This document shows, piece after piece, positions 41,286 through 56,472 of a DNA stretch of 64,000 nucleotides. The DNA comes from Epiperipatus broadwayi. Taxonomy: Eukaryota; Animalia; Onychophora. The notes under the pieces were generated by a model that saw nothing but the letters and a program-made list of their open reading frames with translations, searched no databases and was not told the DNA's origin. The DNA lies in the NCBI GenBank assembly GCA_028023455.1, contig JAQFVV010000008.1:1798001-1862000 (forward strand), in the 5' to 3' direction. Numbering within the stretch: position 1 is the stretch's first letter; each line of letters starts with the position of its first letter. The position numbers and the translations under genes were made by a program.

Positions 41286-41761
41286 ATAAAGCAATCATAT
41301 ATTTTCATTTGAAAAACAGTTTGGATTTACAAAATTAGATAGAATAGGAATGCAATTGAACTATAAGTGAGAATTATTCTACAAAGTGTAAAAGGAAATT
41401 AATATTTATTTTATTAATTTTGAAAAAATCTTTGATAGAATCAATTGGTTTATTTTGATGAATATATTGGAAAAAATCTTCAACTCTCCTTCATATCTGT
41501 TCAATTTTTTTTTTGTGTGTGTGTATGGATAATTTATAACATAGTTGGCAGCTTTTGATTCATTTTCAGTCCTAGAGATATTTGAGTTATTCAGAAAGTT
41601 TTTTATAAGATATATGTGTGTTTCTATCAATAAGTCTGTAGGATTGATTGACTGCTAATTAGTTATTTGCTTGTATTGCTATTTGATAAATAAATAAAAT
41701 ATTAATAACATTTTATTGTTTTATAAATAAATATTTAATTAAAATTTTTATATATATTTAG

Positions 41762-42045
41762 AATTAAAGGATCTTCATGATCAAGTACATTTTGAAGCTT
41801 TACAATGGTTCAATGAAGTTCGTGTAAATACACGGGAGCGGATACTTAGGCATTTTGGCCCTATGCCAGATTTAGAGTCAGATTTTCAAGCATCACCTAA
41901 TGGTCCAGCATGGGCATGGTGGATTTTAGCCATTCTACCTTTGGATTCTAGAGCTCAGCTACCTATTCTGGCTGTAATATCTTTAAAGGAACGACTCTTG
42001 GCAATTAGGCGAGTGCTTCAGTTTATAACAAGAAAGAACATTTGA
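41762..42045 (+). CDS. LONRF: LONRF terminal coding exon
   Basis: tttag| acceptor; (E)LKDLHDQVHFEALQWF...HFGPMPDLESDFQASPNGPAWAWWILAILPLDSRAQLPILAVISLKERLLAIRRVLQFITRKNI*; PNGPAWxWW motif typical of LONRF. Confidence 0.95.
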
Positions 42046-45000
42046 CTATACAGGATCACATATTTTAGTGTCATATATGGTGTAACCATAATATTTCCAC
42101 TTTTATATTCTTTCTCATATATTTTTTTCTAAATGAAAATGAAATAAATAAATACGGGACTTTAATCATTTTTCGCAAAGTTTTGTTAACAGAAAATTAA
42201 AAAAATAAATGGCTGCTTGTTGGGGTTTTTTCTCCCATATTTATAGTTTCTAACAATTTTTATAACTTTTAGTCATGGAATTTTTTTTTGTTATTTTTTC
42301 CTAAGGTTTTCATCTTCATAAAGAAAAATTTCCTATAAATTTCTTTTCTATCATTTTTGTTTTTATTATACAAAAAAAAAGATTTTGTCAAAGATCATTT
42401 ATCAGTTTTCTTTATGTATATTGAAATGAGACATTTCAAAGAATTGATTGATATATTCCAGTTAATATTAATCTTGAAATTATGCAAAGGTAGGAAGCGT
42501 AAGTATATATGCAGTACATTTTGCAATTATCTCTATATGAATTTTTTTTTACTTGTATAACTATTTAACTAATATGCTGTTGAATAAGTATATTTATCAA
42601 ATTACATAATGCTATTCATATGATTAGTAAGACTAACTTTAGAAGCTCTAGCCAAATTAATCCCCAAAATTAAATTTTCAGTCTCTTATCAATGCAAATA
42701 CGAATAAAACAGAAGTCTAATTATGAGCCAGCATTTCATGTGGAACAAAAGAACATATCAGAAGTTCTGAACCTAAAAATAAAATCCCGTATATGTAATT
42801 TATATCAACAATCAGACACACATAATAAAGTAAATTTTGTATCATGGTGAAGTACTTGTTTTGGTATATGACCGACATTTAATTTTTGGGGTATTAATAA
42901 TCCTATTATTTGGTTAGAACTTATGATGCTAGTAAGTGTAATTAATTTATTACAAATTTCTTGTTTAATTCTGTGCATTTAATTAATTTATATTTATATA
43001 TAAACATAAATGTGAAGCAGTATATGTTTAAAAATATAAGGCTCTAATTTGAATATTTTTTGCGCATGTTTTCTATGCAATGAACTTATGCAGTGCAAAA
43101 CTTGTATTACTAACTTTGCATAAATATATATATATATTATGAAGTAATATACAATGATTTTTTTGATTATTGTATATACATATTTTTAATATGTTTTGTT
43201 ATGAACTAATTTCACAAAATTATAATTCAGTCAGTAATTATCTATAAATATATGCATAACTATTTGTTCAAAAATTATTATTATTTTGCTGCAAATAATT
43301 AAAAAAAAGTTTATTTTATCTGATACATTTAAAAATAAATACAATGAAGCTGTGATAAAAAAATCAGATCTATTACTATTTTTTTAACATTTTTTTTTTT
43401 AAAAAAGTAAAAATTATTGGCTATTGATTTGTCTTTTTCATATTACAAGATTTCTACTCATAGCCAAATTAAAATATGAACTGTGCCTGGAATAATACTA
43501 AATCAGAGTTAGTTATCATTACATTATATTAAAAATCATATCTAACTAATAATGCAGCAAATCTATTATAAAGTTTGCACATCCCCCCTTCCCATACATA
43601 CAACCTGAGTTCAAATCCAACTTGTGTAAACTTGAAAATTTTTCAGCAGGCTTGAAATTACTTGTTAAATAGTCAGTCATAGCCAGTACTTAGCTATTTC
43701 TTAGCTAGAGGGTAAAGCAAGATGAAGAACTGCTCAATTCCTCATTATCTGGCAAATAGAAATGCCTGGTGAGTACTGCCTTCTTTTTCACAATTCCTCT
43801 ATGAGGACCTGATGGAAGGCTTTTAGACTGCCTGGAGCTATTCAATGGCTGTTTTATTTTTTATCTTTTTCTCCAAGAAAATAGTTTTTGAGTTCATACA
43901 TGTACGTGGTTGTTTCTTATTACTATTATGGAACTGACTTCTTGGTTGGATTTCAGTAGTTAAAAACGAAAAATCAGCAAATTTAATAATCCATAAACAT
44001 CTCTTATTCTAATTAACTTCATTTAATTTTTATATTGGATAAAATAATCAGTGGTTAAATCAAATCATCTTAAATTACATTTTCTGTTACCAATATTAGA
44101 AGCAGCAACTACTGGACCATCTATGTTATCTAGATGATGACAAGTGAGTGCCTTAACAGTAATAACTATCAATCACATTCAGAGAATGAATCTCAAAGCT
44201 TGTAATCATATCTTTCACTCTTGAAAATCTTCATTTTAATTATATGTGTGTATATATACAGCTTAATAATTTTTTTAAATAAAATTTTCTTGACCAATAA
44301 TTATTTGTTTTTTTATTTATATGTATATGTGAATGTTTAAATATATTCTACACATTTGCAAAAATTTATATAAAAAATAACAATAATGCTTAATTGAAAT
44401 ATTCTGTTATTATTATTTTTTAGTGTTGGCGTTCACGTTTTTTAAATTTTTATTTTATTCTGAAATTAATTTTACTAAAGTGAATATAATATTTTATTTC
44501 ATTATTTTTGTTGTATAAATCACATGCATTTTTTTCCTAATCATATGATTTGATTCCAAAAATTTGAATTCTAAACTAAATAGCTTAAAACAATGTAACT
44601 CTAATCTTCAAGTCTGTTATACCTGATCCAACATTAATTTTTTTACAAAAATTAAAAGATATCAAAGAAAGAGATTTGAAGTTAGCTCCTCACCTAATAG
44701 TAAATTCTACATGGAATCTTATTAATATTGGACATTAAGTAATTTAATGTTTATAAATGTATTGCCAAATTTAATGTTATTTTATAATTTTTTTCTTTAT
44801 TGTAAACATAGTTGAATAAAACTGTTTTTGATAAACAATGTAACTCTATATAAGTTATGATTGAGTGTTATATATATTTACTATTTCTGATTCATACAGA
44901 TTGAATACAAGTATACAATAATCTTTTGGAATTAACTTTTTTTAGGGATTACATTTATTTTTATAAACTGTTGTTTGTTTATTTATTTCTAATTTTATAT

Positions 45001-45377
45001 ATTTTAATATCTATTTTTGAATTATAAATATTTATTTATTATTATATTGATTTAAATTCCATTTCTTATAACACGTTTAAGCTTTAATTAATTTTTTTGA
45101 TTTTATTGTTATTATACTCTAAGTCCCTTTTGTTTTTTAGTTTTTTATAAATAATTTTATTAATATTTTGTTTTGCCTTTTTAATATTTATTAAATCTTG
45201 TAATTTCAATTTTTTAAAATCTTTATTCTATTTAGCTAAGTTTTCACAAGTATTAGAAAAAAATTTGAAAAGAATCCAATCAGGAGATGGATTCTCTAGT
45301 TAGTTTGATTAAATTCTTAAACTCTGCCATAGACTATAGTCCATGGTTTGTTCTTGTCCACAAGCACGAATGATGAG

Positions 45378-48055
45378 CATCATCATTTACATTCATTATC
45401 AATCCACTGCAGAATGAATGTCTTTTCAAGTTTAATCTAGTTTTTCTAATTCTTAGCCTTCTCCAGAACACACCAGCAAATTTCCTTATTTTATCCATCC
45501 ATATTTGTGTTCTTTTATAATTTCTTGGAATTCAATTTAAAATTTCAACCATTCATTTATCATCATATTTTGTAGCAATGTGTCCAGCCCAGTATCTTAT
45601 CAGTCTTTTATTCTTTCAATGATATCAGTGATACTTGCTTGTTTTTTCTTGATGTATTCAATTTTCAGTCTTTTCTTGTTACTCTTAACATAATCTCTCC
45701 TTACTTTGCCGAATGACCTGAATGCTTCTTTGTTAAGGATCCAAGTCTCAATTACATAAGTAAGATCTGGTACAATATATCTATTAAAAATCCAAGCACT
45801 ACCTTTTTTTAAATTATCTCTATCAAAAGCATTCCATCCAAATTTAATTATATGAATAATTTAAGCCATTATGTTTCCATCAGTATTAATAATCTGACTA
45901 AAGTATTTGTAGTTGTTAACTAATTGATGATTATCAATCTTTTTCTGAGAAAATTCATTGAATATTATTTAGTTTTTTTTTTTAGTATTTATCTTTAGCC
46001 CTATTTTTGTATGTTTATCTGATAACTTTTGCAATATTTCTTGAAGCTCTAAAGTATTATTTTAAAAGTAACCATATATATGCAAAATGTAGATTATTTA
46101 AATGATCTCCATTTATTTTTACTCCTTCAGCTCCCCATTGTAATTCACAAAATGCTTAAACTGCTGTAAAAAGTTTGGGAAATATAGAAACATTGTGTTG
46201 TACACTCTTCTCAGTTTTAATCTCCTTACTATTCCCATTGTAATTTAATCACTGTAGTTGTATTTTGATAATATTTTTCAGAATATGACAATAATATCAG
46301 ATTGATATTTTGGTACTACTGCACTAATCACTATAGAAATACTTATAGAATGAAATGCCTTTTCATAATCTATAAAGCATAATGACAACTATTCATTGGT
46401 CCTTTCTATAATTTCTCTTGGTTAGAATTTAAAATTCATTGTAGATGCTTTATAATTATCTTGGTAAATATTTTGTATATAACTGATAGGTCTGTCATTT
46501 CTAATATCTTCTTTATCAACTTTTTTAAAGATCAATATTACTAATGCATTCTTCCAATTATCTGGCACATCTTTATCATTTAGACATTTGATACATAACT
46601 TTTTAAAAAAATATTGATCATTTCCTGGAGCTTTTACCTTCTTTATAGATTTAATTGCATGTCTCACTTTTTAATTTAAAATACTGGGCCATTCAGAGGA
46701 TGTAAAAATCGTAGGAAATATTTTATTTTCTTGTTTTTTATTACTACCTAATTCTTCCTAGAACCATTCCATATATTTCATAATGTCAGCTCTCTTTTTA
46801 GTAAAAATATCATTTTCTTAAATGCAGAAATAACTTTCCTTCAAATATCAAGATGCTTTATACTTTTGGTACTTTTATTTTCTTCTGCAGCTTTCCTTCC
46901 CGATTCACAATTATCTTCTATCACTGTTAACTCTTTTTTATGCCATTTACAAAATATTAGATATTCAATTCTTACTAGATCATTTCAAAAAAAGTTTCAT
47001 ATTTTTTCTTTTCTTCATACATTGTCGTCTCAGTAGAAAATTTCCTGGTAAATTGTTTCTTTTTTGTAACAGATCTTAATAGAATATTATTTGTCTTCTT
47101 ATTGATTTCAGTCATGTCCTGATTTTCAAAGTCTGTTTATAATTTAAAATGATTTGTTAAGTTCTAATTTAAGTTCATTAGAGATTTCTGGAGGTTAGGA
47201 ATATTGATCATTCATATTATCTTTCATAATAGTTTTAGTTTCATTAGTTTTGTGTTAATCTTATCCTCCACTAATCAATGATCACTTTCTGTGTTAAATG
47301 TATTTAGAACATTTTTTATTAATCAAAATATAATCAAATATAATATACCTTTATTTGGTTGCATTCATGTCTGTTTTTATTTAACATTTTTCTCAAAAAA
47401 TAATAATCATAATATACAATTGTTTTTTTTTCTGAAAATTTTACAAGTCTGGGTACTCTCTCATTTCTGTCACTATAAGCAAATTTATTTAGAGCATTTT
47501 CATCTCTCAGTTTTTCATGACAATGTTAGAGTGTTGTTCAATCTGACCAAAGTCAACTTTGTATATCCATTTAAAAATCCTTGGCTTCTTTATCACAATG
47601 AGAACTTGTTGAGATGTAAACCTGAATTATTTGCATTTGGTATCTTCCATTAATTTGAATAACTAATCTTGAAATTCTATATATAGCATCATTCTCTACA
47701 ATGTTGTTCTTCCATATATTATTTATAATGAGACCCACTCCACAATATTTGTGCCTTTGTAATAAAGTTCCTGCCCACATTTTAAATCAATTGACCCTTC
47801 ATTTTCTAGTTTCATAAAATCCATCAATATGCTAATTAATATTAGAGTTTTTTCCATTTTATGCAATTTTCCTTCACTTGAAACTGATTTGCAGTTATAG
47901 GTATCTAAATAAAAGGTCATCATCCAAGGGCAACTTGGGTCTACAATCAGGAAATTCTTAACACTGCCCAATCTTCAGTCACCAACTGCTGCTTTGGTTT
48001 GCAACTTTACAACTTCTTGAAAATAAGGACCATAATTTAGTTTAGTCTGTCATGA
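45378..48055 (-). mobile_element. RTE-clade LINE, near full span but decayed
   Basis: Endonuclease fragment GVGLIINNIWK..MQIIQVYISTSSH; RT fragment KAPGND..VPDNWKNALVILIFKKVDKEDIRNDRPIS; C-terminal WAGHI..WMDKIRKFAG..LQW; (TGA)n-like tail. Confidence 0.88.
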
Positions 48056-49129
48056 TTGTAAATATCTATTTTAAAAAAAAATATTCAACACATATTTATC
48101 TTGCTTTCAAGAATATTTAACTGATATTTCAATTAAGAACTATGCGACAATTAAGAAAAAAAAAACTCTTAGTGTTTCTTGATTTTACACTCAAGAGGTA
48201 AAAAGCCAATAAATTCATCAAACTTACTAATGCATATTTTTGAATAGAATGTCTATGTTTAGTGTATGAATAATCATATAATGATAACAGCTTCAATGAT
48301 CAGAATATATATAATAGATATTAACAATTTGTACTGATCTGTTTCTTTGGGGCCTCAAAGAGGAATCAAAGTCTTTCAGTTGTGCTATTTAATTTCCACT
48401 TCTGAAACAAATAAGTACAGAGCCCATAAGTTTTCCTAAAAAAAATTGTTGAAACTTCAGTAAAGTCCCATAAATATTAAATACAGTTGGCTTTCATATT
48501 TCATATGGTAAAGGAAATATGTTATGACTTGCAAGAAATTCATTTTTTAAAAAAATGTTATTTATTTAGATTTTTGATTGAATACTCATAAGGGCATCAT
48601 GATTTGAGGCATATTTTAGGTAGTGAAACTATATCTTAAGTTATTAATAATTCTGATATATATAATTTTTATGTACATCATCTGTAAAGTCAACTTATCT
48701 TTTTATATTTGGTAGAATTTGTGGAAAAGTGATAAGTTCTTGAAAAGTAGATTTGAATGTACAGTAATATTTTCATGGTAATAATTAATTGTCTGTCTAG
48801 AATTTAAAGTGAATTTTTTTTTACTAACACAGATATAGTGCTAAGGAAGCTATGCACATAGAATTTATATGAGTTCAAGTAACCCCAATCAACTCTCTAA
48901 GAAGATTGTTTTTAGAAATTATTTTAGATCTAATCTTTTGTAAATGAAGAAGATAAGTTTGGCCTCTCCTAAGTAGTATAAAGTTGGGTTATGCTTAAAT
49001 CTTGTTGTTATAGAAAGTTACATTCCGTTGTGTAAGATATTTCTCTGTTGCTCAGTTCGAAAACTGAAAATATTACTACATATATATAATTGAATTTCAA
49101 ACTTTTCTTTATCCAATGATGTTACAGAT

Positions 49130-50650
49130 AATGATGTGTGATATCAAGACAATGTTGTCAGCATAGATAAATTTCTTCATCCTATTATTGAAAGATCATT
49201 GATGAATATATTATTTAATTGAAATATAGTCAAAATAACAAAATAAGAGTCATATATCACATGACCCCTATCTCTTAAGCTTGTAAGTTATAAACAATGA
49301 GGATTGCCAATTCCTCTACAAGCTTTATGATAAATGCCTAGCCAGAGCCAGCACTTAAAATATCTCTGTCAGAAACCCCTCTTTTTGCATTTTTATGATT
49401 GTCATTTACAAATATTCAAACTTTTTTGTTTGAGGCATTTATCAAACAAATTAAAAATTTCCCTGCATTTAATAACCTTTTAAAGATTCTTTATATTTTC
49501 AAACAATCACAAGCTGAGGTTAGATCAGTAAATTAATTTTGAAAACTCTTTTCAGTGTAAGAACTTGTTTACAACAACTGGTCTCAATCAAATGTGGACT
49601 TAATTTTTATTAAGATCATTGCTTCAAAAAGCTTGTAAGAAACAAATAGCAGTAATATTTGATGATAAGTTTTTGGATTGTTGTTTCATTAGTGTTAAGA
49701 TTGCTATAATTTTAATTTCATTCCAAATTTTTGGAATAGTTTTTGTAAGAATAATTTTAGTGAAAATTTTTTATTGATTATACTTTAACTTTGGGTCTTA
49801 AATTTTTATCTGCTTTTCAAGATCTTCCTGCTTTAAAATAATCCATGGCAAGTTCATCTTTATTAATATTTATTGATTCTTTTAAGTTTAAATTATGAAG
49901 GAAAAATGTAATAGTTCTTTCTAATGATGTTTTTCTTTCAATCTTGAGCGTAGAAGTTTGATATAATATTCACAATCTTATTGCCAATGATAGTGTTAAT
50001 TAATTCTTTAGAAATGTTCCTATATAGAAAAGTCTTTGCATAAAAAATCAGGCCTTTTGACTGAATTTGACATTTTTGTTTTTATATGGTTTCTCTCTAT
50101 ATTTCATCAGACATTTTATGTGTTGATCAATAACTTCTGGATATTTTGAAAACAAATATTGATAATAAAAATCATTTCTGGTTTTGTTCTAATCTGCAAA
50201 GAATTGCTTTCAATGTCTTAAGAGACTGAATCTTTGCTTGCAGTTACTATAACTTTATTGAATCTCTTATAGAAAAAAAGATTCCTATTAATATTTCTTT
50301 TAAGTTACTCCTTATTGATACCAGTCAGCTTTTTTTATTGGGTATAAGTGGTATTTAATTATTAGAATATACCAAGTATTAATATTTTAATTTATGTTAG
50401 TTAAGAGAGAACTATCTTAATGGTAATAGAATAGCAGGCACAATGATGAACCATTTTTGGTTGAAATAGAACATGAATGTCTCGGTAACATATTTGCCTG
50501 AATATTTTGTCATCAAAAAGCAAAATGCTTATTGTTTCAAGACACCTGTTCCATAAGAACCTGCTTTATTCTCAATTGTATTTTTCAAAAGGTTATGAGA
50601 TTAAAATCTGGATACAGGAAGTGTTAATAGATTCAGAAGAGAAAATAAGA
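49130..50650 (-). mobile_element. I/Nimb/Jockey-group LINE reverse transcriptase remnant
   Basis: KIIAIL..KLFEAMI..TSCCKQVLTL..FTDLTSACDCL..IFINDL..YADNIV across frameshifts. Confidence 0.6.
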
Positions 50651-52239
50651 TTATTTTGTACTGGAAATTTTGTAAACATTGCATAGAAATTTTTTTTTTA
50701 TTCAAATAGTGATTGAGCTATTTTTGCATTGGTAACTGGTTTAGTCACACCTGTTTATTTATGAATTTGGTCAAAAAACTAATATAAAACCAGGGATTTT
50801 TAGCTGTAAGTTTTTAAAGGAATGATTAGCCTCTTGAAATGCAGTTATTTCAACTTTGCACTATACTATTTTCATTTTGATTTAGATATTTTTTCAATGT
50901 TTAGTTGAAATAATTTTATTGAGCTTTGTAATAAAAGAGATTGTTCTACAGAAAATATATCTGGCATTTGAGGTATTACATAATTATTAATACAATGGAT
51001 TAATTTTCATTTTGATAGACTAAGCCATAGCTATGTTATGTTACTTCATAATTTACTAATTAACCAAAACTTGATCATAAGTCAGGGGTAGGGAACTTAC
51101 AAAGTCTATTTGGATGTTTATCATCTCATTTGCAGACTACACAAAATTACTGACTTAAAAAGTTAGCCTACTGTATTTGATCAAAAATTTAATTAATTTA
51201 TCTCTAATTATTAATGCTGGGCAACTTTTCCAATTGGTGGGTCAATTTCAACTTTCTTTTAAATGAGGGCTATATTTTTTTTGTGAATTAAAAATAAAGT
51301 AACATTATTATTATTGACTACTCTACATTTAGTTCCAATTTTTTGATTTGCCTTGAATCTATCTTTGAGACATATATGCTTAAATTTCTTTTTATGTTCT
51401 GGACAGTTTAATTCTACAGCAGCTAGGATGCAGTTTTCTATAAACTCCTTTAGAAAATGGTTTCTAATTTTCTGCCTTTTTTTTTTGGTAGTAATTTGCT
51501 CTCATAGAATTTTTTGATTTGTTTGTAATTTTTTTAAAGCATGCCAGCTACTTGATGAAGCTCCTTTTCAAGTTTTCTATTTTAATATTTGTTTTTCCCC
51601 AATACTTTTGTTGTAGTCAGAATGTTCAATAAATAGTGACTCTTAATAATGCATTCTTTTCAAATGCCAATTTTTTCCCTCAATTTTTCTTATTGTACTC
51701 TTGTAATCATCCTAATGAAAACATAATGAAATGCAAAACAATAATAATAAAATGAAGTAAAATTAGAGTTTTATTTTTGTTAATTATACATTTGTCTACA
51801 AAAATCACAATAAAAACAAACCAACTATTCCGTGTCATAGACTAAATCCGTAGTCATATAGACTACACAATATAATTTGTTAGAATATTAGACATCTGAT
51901 AGAATGAAATGAAATTATTATAAAGGTTGGAGAGAGAAAAAGATTTAGTTGAGAAAATAAATACTTTATTTTACTTAATTAACTCTAATACCAAAGATTT
52001 TTTTAAATCAGGTATTTATGTAGACTGAATTGAAAATACTATGATTATGATGTGTTATATATTGAAATCATACTAAGCATGAATAAAAGCTATATTTAAA
52101 ATATATAGACTACCTTTTCTGTATAAATGTCCAGAATATTAATATTAACTCTTAATTCAATATTTGCATGTATATTTATTTGCTGTGCACTAAATGCTTG
52201 TTTAAATAAAAGTTTTATACAGGTCCATTTTATAAATAT

Positions 52240-52530
52240 AGGGGATTTGAACTCAGATTTTCAAGCCCCTTCACTAGCCCCACTACTGATACACATGACC
52301 ACACACACATGCAGAAAAGATAAATAATCACCAATGTGCGTATTTCACGCTAAACCAGTACTCATCAGTTGGTCCAGACTACCATCTACCATACATATAT
52401 ATAATCATTGCTCAATTTATATTAAGATAGCAAATTCTTACACTTTAATGGACAGGCTTCAACCCACTCCAATCTCCAACTCTTCAGCCATCCATACCTT
52501 TGAAAATCTGATGATAGAATTCCCAAATCC
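52240..52530 (-). mobile_element. Family A copy (best-preserved hammerhead)
   Basis: Colinear with the 3.6-4.8 kb unit (B-box, catgaccaca, ggtccagact and atggacaggcttcaa blocks). Confidence 0.8.
52331..52372 (-). ncRNA. Minimal type I hammerhead ribozyme motif (family A), probably inactivated
   Basis: CCAA-CTGATGA-GTACTGGTTTAGCGT-GAAA-TACGCA-CA-TTGG: stem I CCAA/TTGG, intact CUGAUGA and GAAA, but U16.1 is changed to C. Confidence 0.75.
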
Positions 52531-54092
52531 TATTTTATATACATTTGTGAAAATGTTTGGGGAGCAGATTGAAAGCTTTTAAGGGTGAACTTGCCCTATA
52601 AACAAAAGATTTCCCACCTCTGTATAAGACAAAGTCTGGTTTTTAAGTAGAGACATTGGTTTTACATATAAAAACATGCTACATGAAAGTAAGCCTGTTG
52701 TCCATTTGCTTCTTCTCAACATTTGTTTTGTAATTACTTGAAAATTAATTTTAAGAGATATTTTGTTTTTTTAAAAAAGCCATTATAGAATGAGCTTAAA
52801 GTTGATTTCTTTTTTATTTTTATTAATAATTTATATATATTTCTTCATAAAAATTGTATGAAGTTTTAAAATTTATTTTACTATTAAATATATTTATTAA
52901 ATTACTTCATATATGTGTAATTAAACAAATTAATTGTATTAGGATAACTGTATGCTAATTAAGTTTGTAAATGCTAAGTCGATTTATTTATTTCTGGTTT
53001 TAAGTAATGCAAAACAACAATAAATTAATATGTAAAAAGATGTTTGAGGATAGGAATAATTGAAAGGGTCAAGGAAAATAATATTTTCTCATCAGTTTTG
53101 TCCTCAGACTTGAGGGCATCAATCTAGGTAATACTTTAAATTTAAAGTCATACAAATTAGTAGATGAAATATTATAACTATAAACAAGTAAGAAAAGATA
53201 TAATATTCTTATGTATATTAATAGGGGAAGGATTTGGTGTTGTAGATCTCTGTCAAACAAGGCAGATTGTGAAGAAAATTCAGGTGATTAAAAAAAAAAG
53301 TATTATATATTGTCTTAAAACAAGAAACAAGAGAGAATTTTTACAAATAGCATTTTTGTAAAGGATAAGTTTTTAATGAATCTAATGATTCTGGATAATG
53401 AGCAGATTATAAGGAAAAAAAAAAGATAAATGAAATGATCAGAAAATAATTTATATTGGGGGTTCAAATGTAGACATGCAAAAAGAAAATTTAAAATTAT
53501 AGATTATTTATCAAACATAAGAAATAATAAGAGAAATATTAAGTTTTTATATAGAGAATTTTGATCTCAAGCCAATCAAATGCCAAGGTGGATTAAAAGA
53601 ATCAAGCATTATGATATGTTATAGAAATTAACAGCAAATATTATTTCTCCATTATTTATTTTTCAAATAAGAGCTATAAGGTGAAACAAAAAACTAAGAT
53701 TAAATGTAAATGCCAGAAGAATTAAAACTTTTATATGGGTTTTCAAAAAAGAAGAAAACAATGAATAATTGCAATAAATTGGAAGTTAATTTTGTTACTA
53801 AAAATAATTGATATAGAAAGAAGCATATTGGGTAAAATTACAGAAATAAACTTAGTTGGAGTGTTTTTAATCAAAATAATTTACTATTAATGGGAAATAT
53901 ATTCCTAATATGTTTTACTAGCTATACTTCTCTGGTTCATTGAGTAGTACATCAATGATAGCACAAAATATAAAGCTGGATCTAATGAATATGTACATCT
54001 AGCAACTATCTTGAACTCATTTAGACTTTTAAGTCTCTCAAATTAAAAAAAAAATCATAAGCTTTTAAAACCTAAACCCAACTCATATACTT

Positions 54093-54280
54093 ATTATAAA
54101 TATATGTACTGACACGCTCTCATAAGAAAAGCTATAATTGCATGGAAATTATTATAGAAGCTAAGCACTTTAGATGGTGTTAAATGTCCTCTTAATGTCC
54201 TTAAAAGTGCTTAGTTTCAATAATAATTTTCATGCAATTATAGCTTTTCTTATGAGTGTGTCAGCATCTATATTTATAAT
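54093..54280. repeat. Fold-back / MITE-like hairpin (~80-bp arms)
   Basis: ctgacac..ctcataagaaaagctataattgcatg..ctaagcacttt versus aaagtgcttag..catgcaattatagcttttcttatgag..gtgtcag. Confidence 0.88.
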
Positions 54281-56464
54281 TTAGTTGTCCAAGAAGTTTC
54301 TTAATTTTATAAATCACATAGTTATGTAGATATTATACCAAGTCAGTAACTATTTATTTTAATTTTATGTTTAGTTGTAGATTCTATCCTTTGACTAGGA
54401 TGATTAATACCAATAACACTGTGACTTTTTCAATTTATTCATGCTTCTAATTCAGTTTTTTTTTCATTTACTCTAGTGCCATTTATTATAAGCATGAGTA
54501 GTGGACATTAAATACTAGTGCTATATAACATTCACAATTCTATAATGGTTTCTAGTATTTATTTTTATCAATAAGGATTTAGGATTTGAAGTTGATACTA
54601 ATGCTTTTAGGCATCTATCAAACATCTTTAATTTCTTTATAGTATTTAAGCTACCAGTCTGAAATTAAAAAAAAAAACCTAAGGTTTTGAACCCAAGTTA
54701 GTTTGCTTCCATATATGTTATATAGATTTGATACCAGGTAATAATTATATATTATAATGATTTAAGTTTTATGCTAATCATAAATTTTTCTATTCTTTGC
54801 TTAAAAAGATTAATACCAACAAAACATAAAGACTTATCGAGCTTATTCTTATGCTTAGCTGAAATATTCTATTTTTATCTTATTCCAGAATTGGCTTCTA
54901 ATCAAAATGTTTTTAATTTTAGGCCATTAGTTAAGTGATATAAAAGAGTTAAAGCAGTTTGAAACTTAATTTCTCATAGATAAATATAAAAATGAGATTT
55001 TGGCTAGGAAGTACTGACAATGTCTACTAATTATTTATACTTACAATAGATGGCTTTGAAATAGGATGAAGGATACGAGTAAGTTAAGAATCAGTTAAGA
55101 ATCGTGATGTTTTATTAATACTAAAAATGTAAACAGCAAAGTTGAATAATTAAGTAAATTAGATTTATTGATAATTAAATGGTCATAAAATTTTATAGGA
55201 GAATGTATCTAGAGATTCAATTCCATTGATATTTACCAATCAATTTCTTTGTTTTTTGATTTTAAATTAAAGAATAATTTTATTTTACATAATAAATATT
55301 TTTGTTAATAGCAAACATAAATTTGATCTTTTTTTTTTAACAAAATATATTTTTAATGTAATATCAACATATTGTACACTATTTTTTTTAAAATATTGAT
55401 TTAATATTAATAACATTGTTTACTTTTCTTTATTATTTTCATGAATGCCTAATTTATTCAAGCACGCTCCATGTTCATACAAAAATCTTTTGCATAAAAA
55501 TACATTGTAAAACAGAGATATAAAAATTGAAATATTACAAAATACATATATCAACTTGCTTATTAACAATTTTAAAACTAAATAACTATATTTAAAAGAT
55601 TTCAATTCAAAATTGATATGTTATACCTTATCATCATTAATATTTTGAATTCTATCATATCACTGCTATTTCATTTTGATAAATATTACTTTAGGTGTAT
55701 GTTTTAATGTTCCAAAATTGTAAACAGTGCATAAATGCTTATAAAATTAAATACAATTTCATAATCTACAAATCAAAAGCATAATGGCAATTCATATTCA
55801 TTGATTTTTTTATACCTTTTTTTAATGCTTGTATGTGATTTTTTTATGATGTAACAAGTTTTAAATACAGCTTGTGGTTTTAATTTGTTTGAGTGTAAAG
55901 TTATCTATAGATGAGTTACTATGATTTCAATAAAGATTTTGTAAAAAAAAATGATAAAAAGTCTGTAATTTCTTACAATCACAGTTTTGAATACTTAGAA
56001 AAGGTTAGTCTTTTTATTTATAATGTAACTTTTATTAAGAAAAAAAGGAGTGTTAGAAAAAAAAAAATACAATAATGTGAATAAGTATTAAAGTTGTAAA
56101 GAAAAGATATTGGAGAGACTTAAGATTATTAAAAAAATGAAAGAACAATCGATGTTATTAGGAAAACAAAAAGTGAATTGAACATATATGTATAAGTTAG
56201 TCTAGAGTTTACTATGAGGAATAAAATTAAACGATGATTTTAAATAGGTATTTAATTTTATTTAAAGGAGAGAATTACTAACAAAAACATTTCACGTATC
56301 AAGAGCAATTATGTTTTTTTAAAAAAAAACATGGCGTTAATTTTACTTAATATTAACATAATGCATATATATAATAAAAATAGGCAATGCTAAATATTAT
56401 ATTGATGCAACATTAATGTGCAGCAAATTTAGTTCAGATTTATTGGATATGGTGTGCGTCGTTC

Positions 56465-56472
56465 TGACGTCA
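56465..56472. promoter_or_regulatory. Perfect CRE (TGACGTCA) within a CpG-retaining intergenic patch
   Basis: TGACGTCA at 56465-56472; about a dozen CpGs between 56.15 and 56.9 kb against near-absence in the flanks. Confidence 0.4.
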